A stretch of 64,000 nt of DNA from Lysobacterales bacterium (GCA_022844165.1 JALHMH010000013.1:54045-118044), one strand, 5' to 3'; counted from the stretch's first letter, positions 31,243 to 41,402 are shown. Numbers and translations are program-made. Notes: generated by a model not told the origin, from the sequence alone.

Positions 31243-31480
31243 CCAGAGTCCTTGACGGAGACTGATCTCGACAAATGAGTCAAATTTTCTTAGGAGCGGC
31301 TTTAGCTTTTGCAGCCCCTTAAGTTAAGGGGGTGAGACGCGGCGCTGACACGCCGCAGGCGTGTGCCGAGTCGAACGCCCGGCGGCTGCGCCGCTGGGCC
31401 GGAAATGCGAAGCCCGGGTTGTGGGAAATACGGTGTCTGGCGAAGCCAACAATGCGCGTCGGTCTGAGGCAAAGCCTCGC
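31243..31480 (+). repeat. Dispersed ~240-bp structured intergenic element, copy A
   Basis: About 88% identical by manual alignment to the reverse complement of 49690-49928; several hairpins. Confidence 0.9.
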
Positions 31481-31636
31481 CAGTGCTTTCGGTTCTTGCG
31501 GCTGGCTTTCAGCCGTGATCGTGTTTGTGGCGCTGGCGTTGTCGGACCAAACTCATATCGCTTTTCAGACTGAGGCGAAGTCGCTTCATCTTCGCCGCAG
31601 AACAACAAGTCCTGCGATGAGTGATCCACATCGTTC

Positions 31637-33040
31637 TCAGCGCAACCACATGCGCGCGGTCCTGGCCGGCAAGCTGAACGTGTAGTTTGACGATGTGATG
31701 CGAACGGTGTGAGCACTCAACACATCGCGATAATCCGTGTGCCACCAAAGTACGCTGTTGTCCATCCCAACGTTCGCATTGACTGTCGAGGCGCATTTGT
31801 TGATGCCGACAATGCCACGGCTGCCACGGCGAAAAATCAGGTGACAGTCGCCATATGACAGCACTTGCATATCGCTCCCCTGAGCCGCGTTATGAAAGCG
31901 GATCATTGGTGTCAGATCGCTACGCCGATACGCATCTACCCATCGATTGTCGCCGCTCTCGTTGTTATCCGAATACAGCAGCGGTACGCCACCGTTACGC
32001 CCAAGAACGAACGAATAGGCAAGTTTCTCGTCAACAGGATCGAGCAGCAGATATCGAAAACCGCTGTTGTTCGGGATGTCGTGCGTGATTGTGAAGGTGA
32101 TGGCACGCGAGCCGGCCAACGCCTGACCATAAGCCCCGGGGTCGACCAATCGGCTCATGCTGCCGCCAAAACCGAACGCGCCACGAATCTGCGCAAACAA
32201 TGGAAAATCATATGCGCCATGGTCGGTACCATCCAGGTAAGGCTTCAGGAAGCGCTCGTATTCGGATTCGCCAGAACCACCTCCAGTGATCACTTCACCG
32301 AAGACGTGCACGCCTGACTTGATCGTCGGCGTCAGCACGCTGTTGATGTGGCTCAGGGTCATGTGTTTGGCGGCGTCGATGCGAAAGCCTGAAACTCCCA
32401 GACCCTTAAGCGCACTCAGATATGCCTGCTGTTGTTGAATCACCCAGGAATTGGCAATCAAGTCCGGCAGTCCAGCATCTCCGCCACCGCCGCATAGACG
32501 CCAGTTCTGCACTTGCCATACGTTGTTGTAGTCAGCGATACATTGCGTCGGCCCAAAGTCCCATTGCGACAAAAAATTGTTCGTCAGCGCTCCGAAAAGT
32601 CGCTGGTTACCCCAATAGGACGTGTTGGCAGCATAGGTATTGAGCACGCGTTGACCCGGGTAGTTAAGGTCGGAACGCTGAGCTGCTTCGTTCGCCATAT
32701 GGTTCAAGACGATGTCGGCATAGACCTTAACGCCATGGGTACGAAGCGCATTTGCCATCGCTCGAAAACTGTCTGTGTTCCCAAGCGGATGATCGATCAC
32801 TCGGTAGTCTTGTGGTTGATATCGGGCCCACCACGCACTGCCCTCACTCTTCAACGGCGGAGCGACGAGTACGCTTGCATAGCCGAGCTGACGGATCTCT
32901 TGAGCTCGCGCTTGTATGCGCGCATACGGCCAATTGAACGCATGGAGTACGACTTCCGCCTGGGCCACGCAGCTGGCAACCAACAAATGCGCGGCAACAA
33001 GAACTCGTGACCGCAGCGCAGTCAACATTTTGAATGTCAT
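31637..33040 (-). CDS. Secreted alpha-amylase (GH13)
   Basis: Signal peptide; LHAFNW, WWARYQP, DIVLNHM, GFRIDAAKH, FGEVI, ITHD; ATG 33040 with GGGGA RBS. Confidence 0.93.
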   Translation of the reverse strand: MTFKMLTALRSRVLVAAHLLVASCVAQAEVVLHAFNWPYARIQARAQEIRQLGYASVLVAPPLKSEGSAWWARYQPQDYRVIDHPLGNTDSFRAMANALRTHGVKVYADIVLNHMANEAAQRSDLNYPGQRVLNTYAANTSYWGNQRLFGALTNNFLSQWDFGPTQCIADYNNVWQVQNWRLCGGGGDAGLPDLIANSWVIQQQQAYLSALKGLGVSGFRIDAAKHMTLSHINSVLTPTIKSGVHVFGEVITGGGSGESEYERFLKPYLDGTDHGAYDFPLFAQIRGAFGFGGSMSRLVDPGAYGQALAGSRAITFTITHDIPNNSGFRYLLLDPVDEKLAYSFVLGRNGGVPLLYSDNNESGDNRWVDAYRRSDLTPMIRFHNAAQGSDMQVLSYGDCHLIFRRGSRGIVGINKCASTVNANVGMDNSVLWWHTDYRDVLSAHTVRITSSNYTFSLPARTARMWLR

Positions 33041-33184
33041 GATTTTCCCCGGACGATGGCGCTGACGCGGCTGCGTAGCGCGCGTCGGCAAGCTCCCCAG
33101 CGACCAACGCGGTGCAAATCGTAGTCGCATTCCATCGCGCAACACGATAGGTTGCAATCGTATTCAGATGTTTCGCCTGATTAA

Positions 33185-33951
33185 CCCGCATATTTCATGA
33201 GGGAACGCGGAAGATCGCGAAGGGTGAGAGCGAGCAAGCTTGCGCCGCATGCGGCGCGCTCGCTCGAACGGGTGGCGGCTGTGCCGCCACACCGGACTGA
33301 AGGCTGGCAAGCTTGCGCCGCATGCGGCGCGCTCGCTCGAACGGGTGGCGGCTGTGCCGCCACACCGGACTGAAGGCTGACGAGCTTGCGCCGCATGCGG
33401 CGCGCACGCTCGAACGGGTGGCGGCTGTGCCGCCACACCGGACTGAAGGCTGGCGAGCTTGCGCCGCGCGAGCTGCGCGCCAGACTGAACGACTGGCGGC
33501 TGCGCCGCCAGGCCGGACCTTTGCGCCGGAATCGAGGCGCGAGAAGGGTGAGAGCGGGCAAACTTGCGCCGCATGCGGCGCGCCAGCTCGAACGGGCGGC
33601 GGCTGCGCCGTTGCACTGGGCGGAATGGTTGACCCGGCCCGTCAGCGTAGCTGCCGGGCGCTCTGAGCATCGCGCGCTGCGCGCGCAAGCGATGCTCCTC
33701 GCCCATTGCGACGACGAGCTTTGAGTCGTCCGGCGCAAAGAACGAGCGAGGGTGAGGCGGGATTTCCGCCGCATGCGGCGCGCCGCCGAACGCCAGCGCA
33801 TGGATGCGCTGGCCGGAGGGGCGAAGCAGGAAGCGCAGCCGTGCTAGCGAGGAAATGGCAGCGGACAGCCTGTCATTCCAACCAATTCGAAGGTTCCGCG
33901 CCGTTACAACGAAATGAGGCCATTTCATCGCGACCTCATGAAATATGCGGG
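33185..33951. mobile_element. Non-autonomous MITE-like element with IS1380/piggyBac-like ends and TTAA target duplication
   Basis: TTAA|CCCGCATATTTCATGAGG (33181-33202) and CCTCATGAAATATGCGGG|TTAA (33934-33955); no transposase inside. Confidence 0.8.
33234..33520 (+). repeat. 73-bp tandem repeat (3 near-identical units plus 1 degenerate) of double-hairpin units; further diverged units at ~33546 and ~33750
   Basis: Units start at 33234, 33307, 33380 and 33453; units 1-3 contain palindrome GCGCCGCATGCGGCGC and hairpin GTGGCGGC-TGT-GCCGCCAC. Confidence 0.92.
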
Positions 33952-34040
33952 TTAACGCACCCGCGATGATCATTGGCCGTTCCTGCGAACGCCTGGCCCA
34001 GGCTGGTCTGGACCACAGCCGCGCCAATTGAGGAACCGCA

Positions 34041-36824
34041 CTATGGCGTGAGTAAGCGTTGCAACTCTTCGGCCGCTCGCCGGAATTCAATGCTCGCTTG
34101 ACGTGCCATCCCGACAGTGTCGCGCAGCGTACCCGCACGCGCACCATGTTCGATCAACTTTGCCACGTCAGACAACGCCATCGCACCCAGGTTTGCGCTG
34201 GTCGATTTCAGCGAGTGCGCAGGTGCAATCATGGCCTGGACATCGCCTCGCTCCGCTGCTCCATTCAGGATCTTTAAGTTCGTTGGAGTGTCCTCAAGGT
34301 AGACCTTGACCAGCGACGTAAACTCGTTGCCCATCACATCGATCAGCTCATTGACGATTGCTTCGTTAATGGCGGGCGCTTGGGGCGTTAGCCGGACAGG
34401 CTCGCTTAGTCGCACTGGAACCGGCGCCGGCGAGGGGCCCGGAGCAGCCGGCGCAGGCTTAACCTCTTGCGCCGACACTCGCAACTCGGCCAGAACCGCA
34501 GGCTGCTCGATGGCTGCCGCAACGGTGGACCTGGTGGATTTTGGCATCCATTTGCGGATGGTTTGTTCGAGCAAGCCACGGTTAAGCGGTTTGCTCATGT
34601 AGTCGTCCATCCCAGAAGCGAGGCACTTCTCGCGATCCCCAGCCATCGCATTTGCAGTCATCGCGATGATCGGTATACGCGTCAGGCCCTTTTCCTGTTC
34701 AAGTGTGCGGCGCGATCGGGTCGAAGTGTAGCCGTCCATGACTGGCATTTGGCAATCCATGAGCACGACATCGAAACCGCCTCGACCCATCAGATCCAAT
34801 GCGTCTTTTCCGTTTTCAGCAATTTCGAACGTAATGCCGATCAACCCAAGCAGCCGTTGCGCAACCTGACGATTGACTGGATTGTCTTCAACCAGCAGGG
34901 CGTGACCACCCAGCTTACCGGTTTCAGTTCGCGCGCCGACATCAATCGGTGGCGCGGTATCTTGCCCCAGGCGCGCGGCCTCCTCCAGCAAGTTGAAGCG
35001 CCGCTCGCTACCTGCATCGACAAGCAGCGCCTTGTTTAATGCGCCCATGAGATCGGCATCGGTGAACTGCCGTTTGATCAACTGACTTCGGGCCGGGTCA
35101 TTGCCCAATTCAGCTGGCGGTGACTCCTCACCCTCGATATGAACCACCTTGAGCCGCTCAAGGACCGGCTCGCGACCGACGTTGCGATAGAGTGCCGGAG
35201 CTGTCGTGCGCATGCTGCCCAAATCAACAATGACCACATCGAATGCCCAGTTCTCGCCCAATGTGGCCGAAGACTTCAGTTTGCTCAATGCGTCTGCGGT
35301 GGTGTTCGTCGAAATCTGGCTCATGCCCCACATCTGGCATTGACCCGTGATTCGCTGCGTCAGCCGTTGATCTCCACTGACGATCAGCGCGCGGGCGCCG
35401 GCCAGATCTCGCCGATGGCTACTGACATCGCCCAGCGCTTTCAATAAGGGGACGCTGAACCAAAACACCGAACCCTTCCCGGGTTCGCTTTTCAGCCCAA
35501 TCTTCCCGCCCATGAGCTCAACGATTCGTTTGCAGATCACTAAGCCAAGGCCGGTGCCGCCGTAGTTGCGCGTGGTCGAAGTGTCGGCCTGCGAAAATGG
35601 CTGGAACAGCTTCTCGGCCTTCTCCGGCGAGATGCCAACCCCAGTGTCGCGGACTGCGAAAAGCACTTCGCTATGCGTTCGCGTTTCGCCGCGTTTGCTG
35701 ATTTGGATCGCGATAGAACCCTTGTCCGTGAACTTAACCCCATTGCTGACGAGATTTGACAGCACCTGACGCAAACGAACCGGGTCGCCACGGCACGCCA
35801 ATCGAACATTGGGATCGAAGCTGACTGAGATTTTCAGCCCTTTGTTCTCAGCGGAGCGCTCCATCAAGCGGAAGACCGAATCAACCACATCTTTGAGATT
35901 CAGTCCGACGCTCTCAAGCTCAAGCTTGTTGGCCTCAATCTTCGAGTAGTCGAGAATATCGTCGATGATCCTCAGCAGATGGCGAGCAGACGAGTACGCA
36001 GTATTCAAGTACTCACGTTGGTCGACTTCCAGTTTGGTATCACGCAGGATTTCGAGCAATGGAATGATGCCGTTGAGCGGCGTGCGCATTTCATGGCTCA
36101 TCGTTGCCAAAAATTCGCCCTTCGCCATGTTTGCGGCTTCTGCGGCCTGCCTGGCGCCTTCCATCTCCTTTTCGAGATTGCGCTGGCGTTCCAATTCACC
36201 GCGCAGCTGTGTCAGCTCCACAACGTCGATGGTGGTGGCCTGCACGACCCTCTCCACCGGCTGCGCGGATTCCACGATTTGGGGCGACTCTAAGACCGTT
36301 TCTCGGCTTACCAACCACCAATGGCCAGAGACGATCAGTGCTATCGCAGCGACGGCGATCAATCCACCTTCTGCGCCAAACAGCTGCCAGGCGCCAGGCA
36401 ATAGCAGCACGCTCAGAGCCGTGACCACAAGCCAAAGCTGCGAGTGAAACAACCAAATCACCGCCAATGCCAAACCCACCAATGCCAGATGCAAAGGCGA
36501 GTTGGCATGGACTTGACCAAGAACGAATGGAGCAGCGCCCCACTGCAGGGCGCCCGCTACCACCAACATCTGCGCAATCGAAGTGTTCGGTTCCGGCCCG
36601 CGCTCCGCCAGACGGCGCGCCCAGTAAGCCGCGCCAGCCGTGCCTAGCAGCAGAACACACCAAATCGCGATCCGTGTCGGTTCCGCAAAGCCAATCGACG
36701 CGTATGCCACCAGCAGCGACAAAACGCCAGAACAAAGACACCACCGGATCGCAGCATGCATCATGGTTTGACTGCGCTCATCAGGCTGAGCAGACCGCGA
36801 CTTCATTCGAAGCGCCAGCAACAT
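34041..36824 (-). CDS. Membrane hybrid sensor histidine kinase (TM-HisKA-HATPase-REC-REC-Hpt)
   Basis: [47 protein letters not shown]; start uncertain. Confidence 0.93.
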   Translation of the reverse strand: MLLALRMKSRSAQPDERSQTMMHAAIRWCLCSGVLSLLVAYASIGFAEPTRIAIWCVLLLGTAGAAYWARRLAERGPEPNTSIAQMLVVAGALQWGAAPFVLGQVHANSPLHLALVGLALAVIWLFHSQLWLVVTALSVLLLPGAWQLFGAEGGLIAVAAIALIVSGHWWLVSRETVLESPQIVESAQPVERVVQATTIDVVELTQLRGELERQRNLEKEMEGARQAAEAANMAKGEFLATMSHEMRTPLNGIIPLLEILRDTKLEVDQREYLNTAYSSARHLLRIIDDILDYSKIEANKLELESVGLNLKDVVDSVFRLMERSAENKGLKISVSFDPNVRLACRGDPVRLRQVLSNLVSNGVKFTDKGSIAIQISKRGETRTHSEVLFAVRDTGVGISPEKAEKLFQPFSQADTSTTRNYGGTGLGLVICKRIVELMGGKIGLKSEPGKGSVFWFSVPLLKALGDVSSHRRDLAGARALIVSGDQRLTQRITGQCQMWGMSQISTNTTADALSKLKSSATLGENWAFDVVIVDLGSMRTTAPALYRNVGREPVLERLKVVHIEGEESPPAELGNDPARSQLIKRQFTDADLMGALNKALLVDAGSERRFNLLEEAARLGQDTAPPIDVGARTETGKLGGHALLVEDNPVNRQVAQRLLGLIGITFEIAENGKDALDLMGRGGFDVVLMDCQMPVMDGYTSTRSRRTLEQEKGLTRIPIIAMTANAMAGDREKCLASGMDDYMSKPLNRGLLEQTIRKWMPKSTRSTVAAAIEQPAVLAELRVSAQEVKPAPAAPGPSPAPVPVRLSEPVRLTPQAPAINEAIVNELIDVMGNEFTSLVKVYLEDTPTNLKILNGAAERGDVQAMIAPAHSLKSTSANLGAMALSDVAKLIEHGARAGTLRDTVGMARQASIEFRRAAEELQRLLTP

Positions 36825-36849
36825 CGATGGTTCCACACATACCCCCGTT

Positions 36850-39558
36850 TTACAGTGCTGATGCGCTGAAGTCGAAACCGAGATCGGTTCCTGGTTGCTG
36901 AACAAAATTACCTTGAATGAGGTCTACACCCAAAGTCCAGAGTGTGGCTGCGCTCTGCGCATTTTCCACTTTCGCAGCAATCACATACTTACCGCCATCG
37001 TGTGCTGCACGAATGAGCGTCCGCAACTCATCGGACGCGTAATTACCGTTGCCCGTCGTGTACTTGTCTGCCAGTTTCAGAAAGTCTGCGCTAAGTACGC
37101 TCAACAACTGCAGAGCGGTCAGGCTGCCGTCGAACTCATCAACCACCACCCGCACGCCGAGCTTGCGAACCGACTCAAAAAACGCCAGCGCTTCGCGCAT
37201 ACTCGACAACACATCGCTCAATTTCACTTCGAGCACGACCGCATCCGGTGCAATGCGTCTGGTTTCCAGTTGCTGTCTGAGCCATGGAATGCGTTCGGCA
37301 TCCATCGTGCTTTCGACACACTGGTTAATGAACAAGCGCACTGGTCGTCCCTGGCGCTTGCGATCCTCGATAATTCGCAAACATTGCGCCAGGCACCATC
37401 GGTCGATAGCCACCACCAACCCTGCGGAACGAGCTGCATCAAGGACCTGCGCCGCGCCGATCATGTCGCCGCCTTCGGAGCGCATTCGCAGCAGCACCTC
37501 ATACTGTTCCTCACCGGTGGAATGCAACGAGACGATCGGTTGGAACAACAGTTGCAACTGATCGCCATCTAAGGCCGCGCGAACTGCATCTGCGAGCGTA
37601 GAACCCTCGCTCGCCTCATGCACATGAACCGCGACTCCTGTCGGTAACTGCCGGGCTCGCACGGATGCCCGTTCGGCCGCATTGAGCATATCGGCCGCGT
37701 CGGCAAGGTGCGTCGAGAACGGCGCGACGCCGATGCGCGCAGCAACACGCACGCTGTGCTGGTCGACTTCCACCATATCCTGAGCCAGCTTGGCGACGAT
37801 GGACGCTGCTAACGACTGAAGCGCCGGCAGCGCCCGCGCGCTGCTCAACAACACGAAACTCGAATCGCCATAACGCGTGGCCAGTTCGTTTTCTTGAGTA
37901 AAACTGGCGATCGTTGCGCCAAGTTGCCGCAGGACAGGCTCGTAGACGGCCAAGCCGCGTTGCTCCCGCAACTTCTGCATCCCTTCAATATCGATAAAGA
38001 GGATGCCGCCGTGTTGTTGGCTGCGATCATCAACATTGAGCAACTCGTTGAGTCGGTCAATGAGATAGGTTCGATAATACAAGCCGGTCGTGCTGTCGCG
38101 CGGATCGACGGTCTTTCGCCTTGCCATCTGACGCGCGCGTCTGGCACGGTTATTGACGGCTGAGATCAGGTGTTTGGGGCGAATCGGCTTCGCCAGGAAA
38201 TCGTCCCCTCCTGCGGAAAGTGCCTCGAAGTGCTTCTCGGAGTCTTGTTCGCCCGACAAAAAGACAATTGGCGTATTGATGAACTGTTCGCGCTCGCGAA
38301 TGATCGATGTCAGCTCCATGCCTGAGATATTGGGCATGTACAAATCCATCAAGATCAAATCGGGTTTGAAGCGTTCCAGTCGATCCAGCGTTTCGAGCGG
38401 ATCGGTGATCGCCAGAGTCTCGAACCCGGCTTTGCGCAGGACCGATTCGGCGAAGATCGCCTGACTGCGGTCGTCCTCAACAATCATGACCTTGAATGGA
38501 TCGGAGGTTGTCAGCTCCAACAACTCGCGAGCTCTTTTTGTTGCGTCTTTCGCGGAAATCGGCAAAGGGATGAAGAGATCCGCACCTGCGCGCATTGCCT
38601 TGAGCCTTGCAGCGAGATCGTTCTCGACCGAAAACGTCAGGAGCGGGATCTTAAGTTGAGTACTTGCGCGAACACGCTTGATAAACTCACCCAGGTGTTC
38701 GAGTTGCTCGAAGAAACTTGCATCGATGACCACTGCCTCTGCCGTCAACGACCCTAACGCTTCCTTGAGTTCCTCAGAAGAACTCAAGCGTTCCACCTGG
38801 AAATTCAGCTCCAGCAAATGGTGTGACAATTCTCTTGCAAACGGCGCGACATCCGAAAGATAGAAAATTCGACCGGCAACCGTCTGTCGCTCCGGCTTCT
38901 CGGAAATAGGATGAGGTGCGGCGTTCGCAGCCGCGGGCGCAACGTTGGCGTCGAGTCCGAACACGCTCGTTGCATTGACGATTTGTGCAGGCGCATCAAG
39001 TCGCAGCCCCGGCGGCTCGGGATCGCCCAAGACCCACTCTTTGGGCGGCGCGATGGTCAATCGCGCAGGCGCTGTCCCATGCGTTTCGCTGGTGATCAGC
39101 GAAATATCGCTTTGGCTGAAGCGACGCCAGCAATCCTCGGGTGGGCGCAGGAACAATGGGACGTTTGAGCCAGCCAGCTTGTCCGGCGGGGCAACGACGA
39201 AATCGCGCGGGTTGCGGATTTGCGGCGCTGGCGGGTTGGCGACTTCGATCAACCCATCGAGCAGCAGGGCAATCTGTTGCTTGTCGGCGCTCTCGGGCAA
39301 ACGCAGTTGTTTGATCAAGGGTTCGAGCGCCCGCTCGATCTGAAACAACTTTTCACTTCCGTCCACCAGACCGTAGCGTCCAGCAGCGCCCGCCAACCCC
39401 TGCACGTCCTGATACAACAGTGTGACCGTATTGACGTCCCAATCGCCCTTGCAAATCCGCAGTCCTCGCTTGCGAATGGCCTCTGCGCGGCGCGGCAAGT
39501 GCTTCAGGAACGCCTGACGCAATTCGGCATGGTGTTGGGATTCGTCCTTCGGCAGCAC
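36850..39558 (-). CDS. Response regulator with degenerate GGDEF and EAL domains (FimX-like c-di-GMP effector)
   Basis: Hpt-like N-terminus, two REC domains (second has VEDD/LMDLYMP/KP), YGDSS in place of GGDEF, EVLLR, DEFDGS, IQGNF. Confidence 0.85.
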   Translation of the reverse strand: MLPKDESQHHAELRQAFLKHLPRRAEAIRKRGLRICKGDWDVNTVTLLYQDVQGLAGAAGRYGLVDGSEKLFQIERALEPLIKQLRLPESADKQQIALLLDGLIEVANPPAPQIRNPRDFVVAPPDKLAGSNVPLFLRPPEDCWRRFSQSDISLITSETHGTAPARLTIAPPKEWVLGDPEPPGLRLDAPAQIVNATSVFGLDANVAPAAANAAPHPISEKPERQTVAGRIFYLSDVAPFARELSHHLLELNFQVERLSSSEELKEALGSLTAEAVVIDASFFEQLEHLGEFIKRVRASTQLKIPLLTFSVENDLAARLKAMRAGADLFIPLPISAKDATKRARELLELTTSDPFKVMIVEDDRSQAIFAESVLRKAGFETLAITDPLETLDRLERFKPDLILMDLYMPNISGMELTSIIREREQFINTPIVFLSGEQDSEKHFEALSAGGDDFLAKPIRPKHLISAVNNRARRARQMARRKTVDPRDSTTGLYYRTYLIDRLNELLNVDDRSQQHGGILFIDIEGMQKLREQRGLAVYEPVLRQLGATIASFTQENELATRYGDSSFVLLSSARALPALQSLAASIVAKLAQDMVEVDQHSVRVAARIGVAPFSTHLADAADMLNAAERASVRARQLPTGVAVHVHEASEGSTLADAVRAALDGDQLQLLFQPIVSLHSTGEEQYEVLLRMRSEGGDMIGAAQVLDAARSAGLVVAIDRWCLAQCLRIIEDRKRQGRPVRLFINQCVESTMDAERIPWLRQQLETRRIAPDAVVLEVKLSDVLSSMREALAFFESVRKLGVRVVVDEFDGSLTALQLLSVLSADFLKLADKYTTGNGNYASDELRTLIRAAHDGGKYVIAAKVENAQSAATLWTLGVDLIQGNFVQQPGTDLGFDFSASAL

Positions 39559-39718
39559 GGCGATCTCGATTCACGACCAAGCTCAAAACTATAACGCGAT
39601 GCACGCTTCATATGACTGCCCATCGCGATTGTTTGCCGATCTGGAACGACCCTCGAACACGGACCCCCATCGACCCGTTGCCAACGGCATACTCGCGCCT
39701 CTTTGAAAGGGCATCTAC

Positions 39719-40456
39719 ATGGCGGCAGCTGCGCCCAGGCTCATCGTTGTCGAAAATGACCCATCGCGGCTCTGGCGCGTCAGGATAGTCTTGGCGGCGA
39801 TCTGGATCGGCTCATTGCTTGCCGTGTACTACTGGGTGAGGGCGACCAGCACGCCGGGCCTGGCGACGGCACAGGCCGACCTGAGATCCGTGAAGTCCGA
39901 ACTGCGCGTGGCGCTTGAGCAAGTGGATCTGCTCAAGCAGGAAGTTGCCAGGCATCAACGGGGCGAGCAGGTGGCAGAGTCCGCACAATCCGAACTCCAG
40001 GCATCGCTGTCAGCCCGGCAGGATGAGATCGCTTCTTTGCGTGCCGACTTGAACTTCTTCGAGCGGCTTATGGAAGGTGGCCAGCAACGACCGGGGCTGG
40101 CCATCCATAGCCTGCAGATCGCGCGAGGCAACGATCCACGCGCATTTCAGTTTTCGCTGACGCTCAGCCAGAATCTCAAGCGCAACCGGCCGGCGGCGGG
40201 TATCGCGAGCATCAGCATTAGCGGCGCTCAAGGCGACAAGAGCGAGCGGCTGTCGTTGTCGCAGCTCGGGCACGAAGGCGATGCACTGAAATTCAGCTTC
40301 AAGTATTTTCAACAGCTGGCGGGTTTGGTCACGCTGCCCGAGAACTTTAGACCCATGGCTATTCGAGTGCGACTAAACCCTGAGGATGGGGTCGTCGTCG
40401 AACGCGAATTTGTTTGGGCGGACGTTTTGGATTCAGCCGAAAAAGAGGACATCTGA
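39719..40456 (+). CDS. DUF6776-like membrane-anchored coiled-coil protein
   Basis: TM helix, coiled coil, DLNFFERL, FSFKYFQ...LPENFRP; upstream of bactofilin. Confidence 0.7.
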   Translation: MAAAAPRLIVVENDPSRLWRVRIVLAAIWIGSLLAVYYWVRATSTPGLATAQADLRSVKSELRVALEQVDLLKQEVARHQRGEQVAESAQSELQASLSARQDEIASLRADLNFFERLMEGGQQRPGLAIHSLQIARGNDPRAFQFSLTLSQNLKRNRPAAGIASISISGAQGDKSERLSLSQLGHEGDALKFSFKYFQQLAGLVTLPENFRPMAIRVRLNPEDGVVVEREFVWADVLDSAEKEDI

Positions 40457-40863
40457 TGTTTGGGGACAAGAAAGCCGTTAAGTCGAGTGTGAGCCCAACA
40501 GCCATTGAGTGCCTGATCGGCGAGAGGATGTCGATTGTAGGTGACGTCACTTTTGCGGGCGGCCTGCAAATCGAGGGCAAGCTCAAAGGGACGCTACGGG
40601 CAGACGACAGCAATGACGCTTTCGTCAAATTGAATGATCGCGGTCGGGTCGAAGGCGAAATTCACGCGCCTCAGGCGGAAATTCATGGCGAATTAATCGG
40701 CGACGTAGTCGCCGATCGCTTGCAGCTTGGCAGTAGTGCGCGAGTCCGTGGCAACGTCTTCTATCGAGTCCTGGAGATGGCTGCCGGCGCCCAGGTCAAT
40801 GGCCAGATGGTTCACCAGGACGAACCACAGAAACAACTTCCCAAACCAGATCCATCGAACTAA
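40456..40863 (+). CDS. Bactofilin (polymer-forming cytoskeletal protein)
   Basis: LIGERMSIVGDVTFAGGLQIEGKLKG beta-helix repeats; TGATG overlap. Confidence 0.9.
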   Translation: MFGDKKAVKSSVSPTAIECLIGERMSIVGDVTFAGGLQIEGKLKGTLRADDSNDAFVKLNDRGRVEGEIHAPQAEIHGELIGDVVADRLQLGSSARVRGNVFYRVLEMAAGAQVNGQMVHQDEPQKQLPKPDPSN

Positions 40864-40874
40864 AGCGATGCCCG

Positions 40875-41207
40875 TCAAACCGAAAATGAGCTTCCGCAGC
40901 CGCATGTGCTCTTGGCATTCGGATTGCGGATCGTGAACTGCGCGCCGGTCAGCGACTCAGCGTAATCGACAGACGCGCCGGCCAGGTATTGCAGGCTGAT
41001 TGGGTCAACGAGCAACGTCACACCGTCGGTCTTGACAGCGATATCATCGTCAGCACCATCCTCCTCAAAACTAAAGCCGTATTGAAACCCAGAACATCCT
41101 CCCCCTTGGATGTACACGCGCAGCTTCAATTCGGCATTCCCCTCTTCCACCATCAATTCGCGCACTTTGCGAGCAGCGGCGGGTGTAAATTGCAAGTCGT
41201 CGGTCAT
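40875..41207 (-). CDS. erpA: Fe-S cluster insertion protein
   Basis: [31 protein letters not shown]. Confidence 0.95.
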   Translation of the reverse strand: MTDDLQFTPAAARKVRELMVEEGNAELKLRVYIQGGGCSGFQYGFSFEEDGADDDIAVKTDGVTLLVDPISLQYLAGASVDYAESLTGAQFTIRNPNAKSTCGCGSSFSV

Positions 41208-41402
41208 GGCTGTCAGACCTTATGGCAGTGTCTTCAGTATAGCGCCCGCACGTCAATGAACTGCGTCCGTCAGCAAGTACAGCGCCGAATACGCAAAGTC
41301 ATGGCCGCATGCCGGCCCCAACGCAGCACTCAGGCCCAACCGTCTGGAAACTGCTCCAACAACTTTTGGGACACCACGCTCTGAACGCAATTCGATTGCC
41401 GA

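Noticed and set aside
31332-31685. Similar peptides (GADTPQACAESNARRLRRWAGN) here and at 49585-49845 as a small protein family
   Set aside because: The similarity comes from the shared DNA element; the A/B alignment has a 1-bp indel that shifts the frame, so conservation follows hairpins rather than codons
33234-33520. 73-bp periodic array as a CRISPR array
   Set aside because: Whole units repeat with no unique spacers, and there are no cas genes in the window
33164-34147. 327-aa and 206-aa ORFs across the MITE as a transposase or real genes
   Set aside because: Arg/Ala-rich translations of the GC-rich repeats; the 73-bp period is not a multiple of 3; no DDE motif
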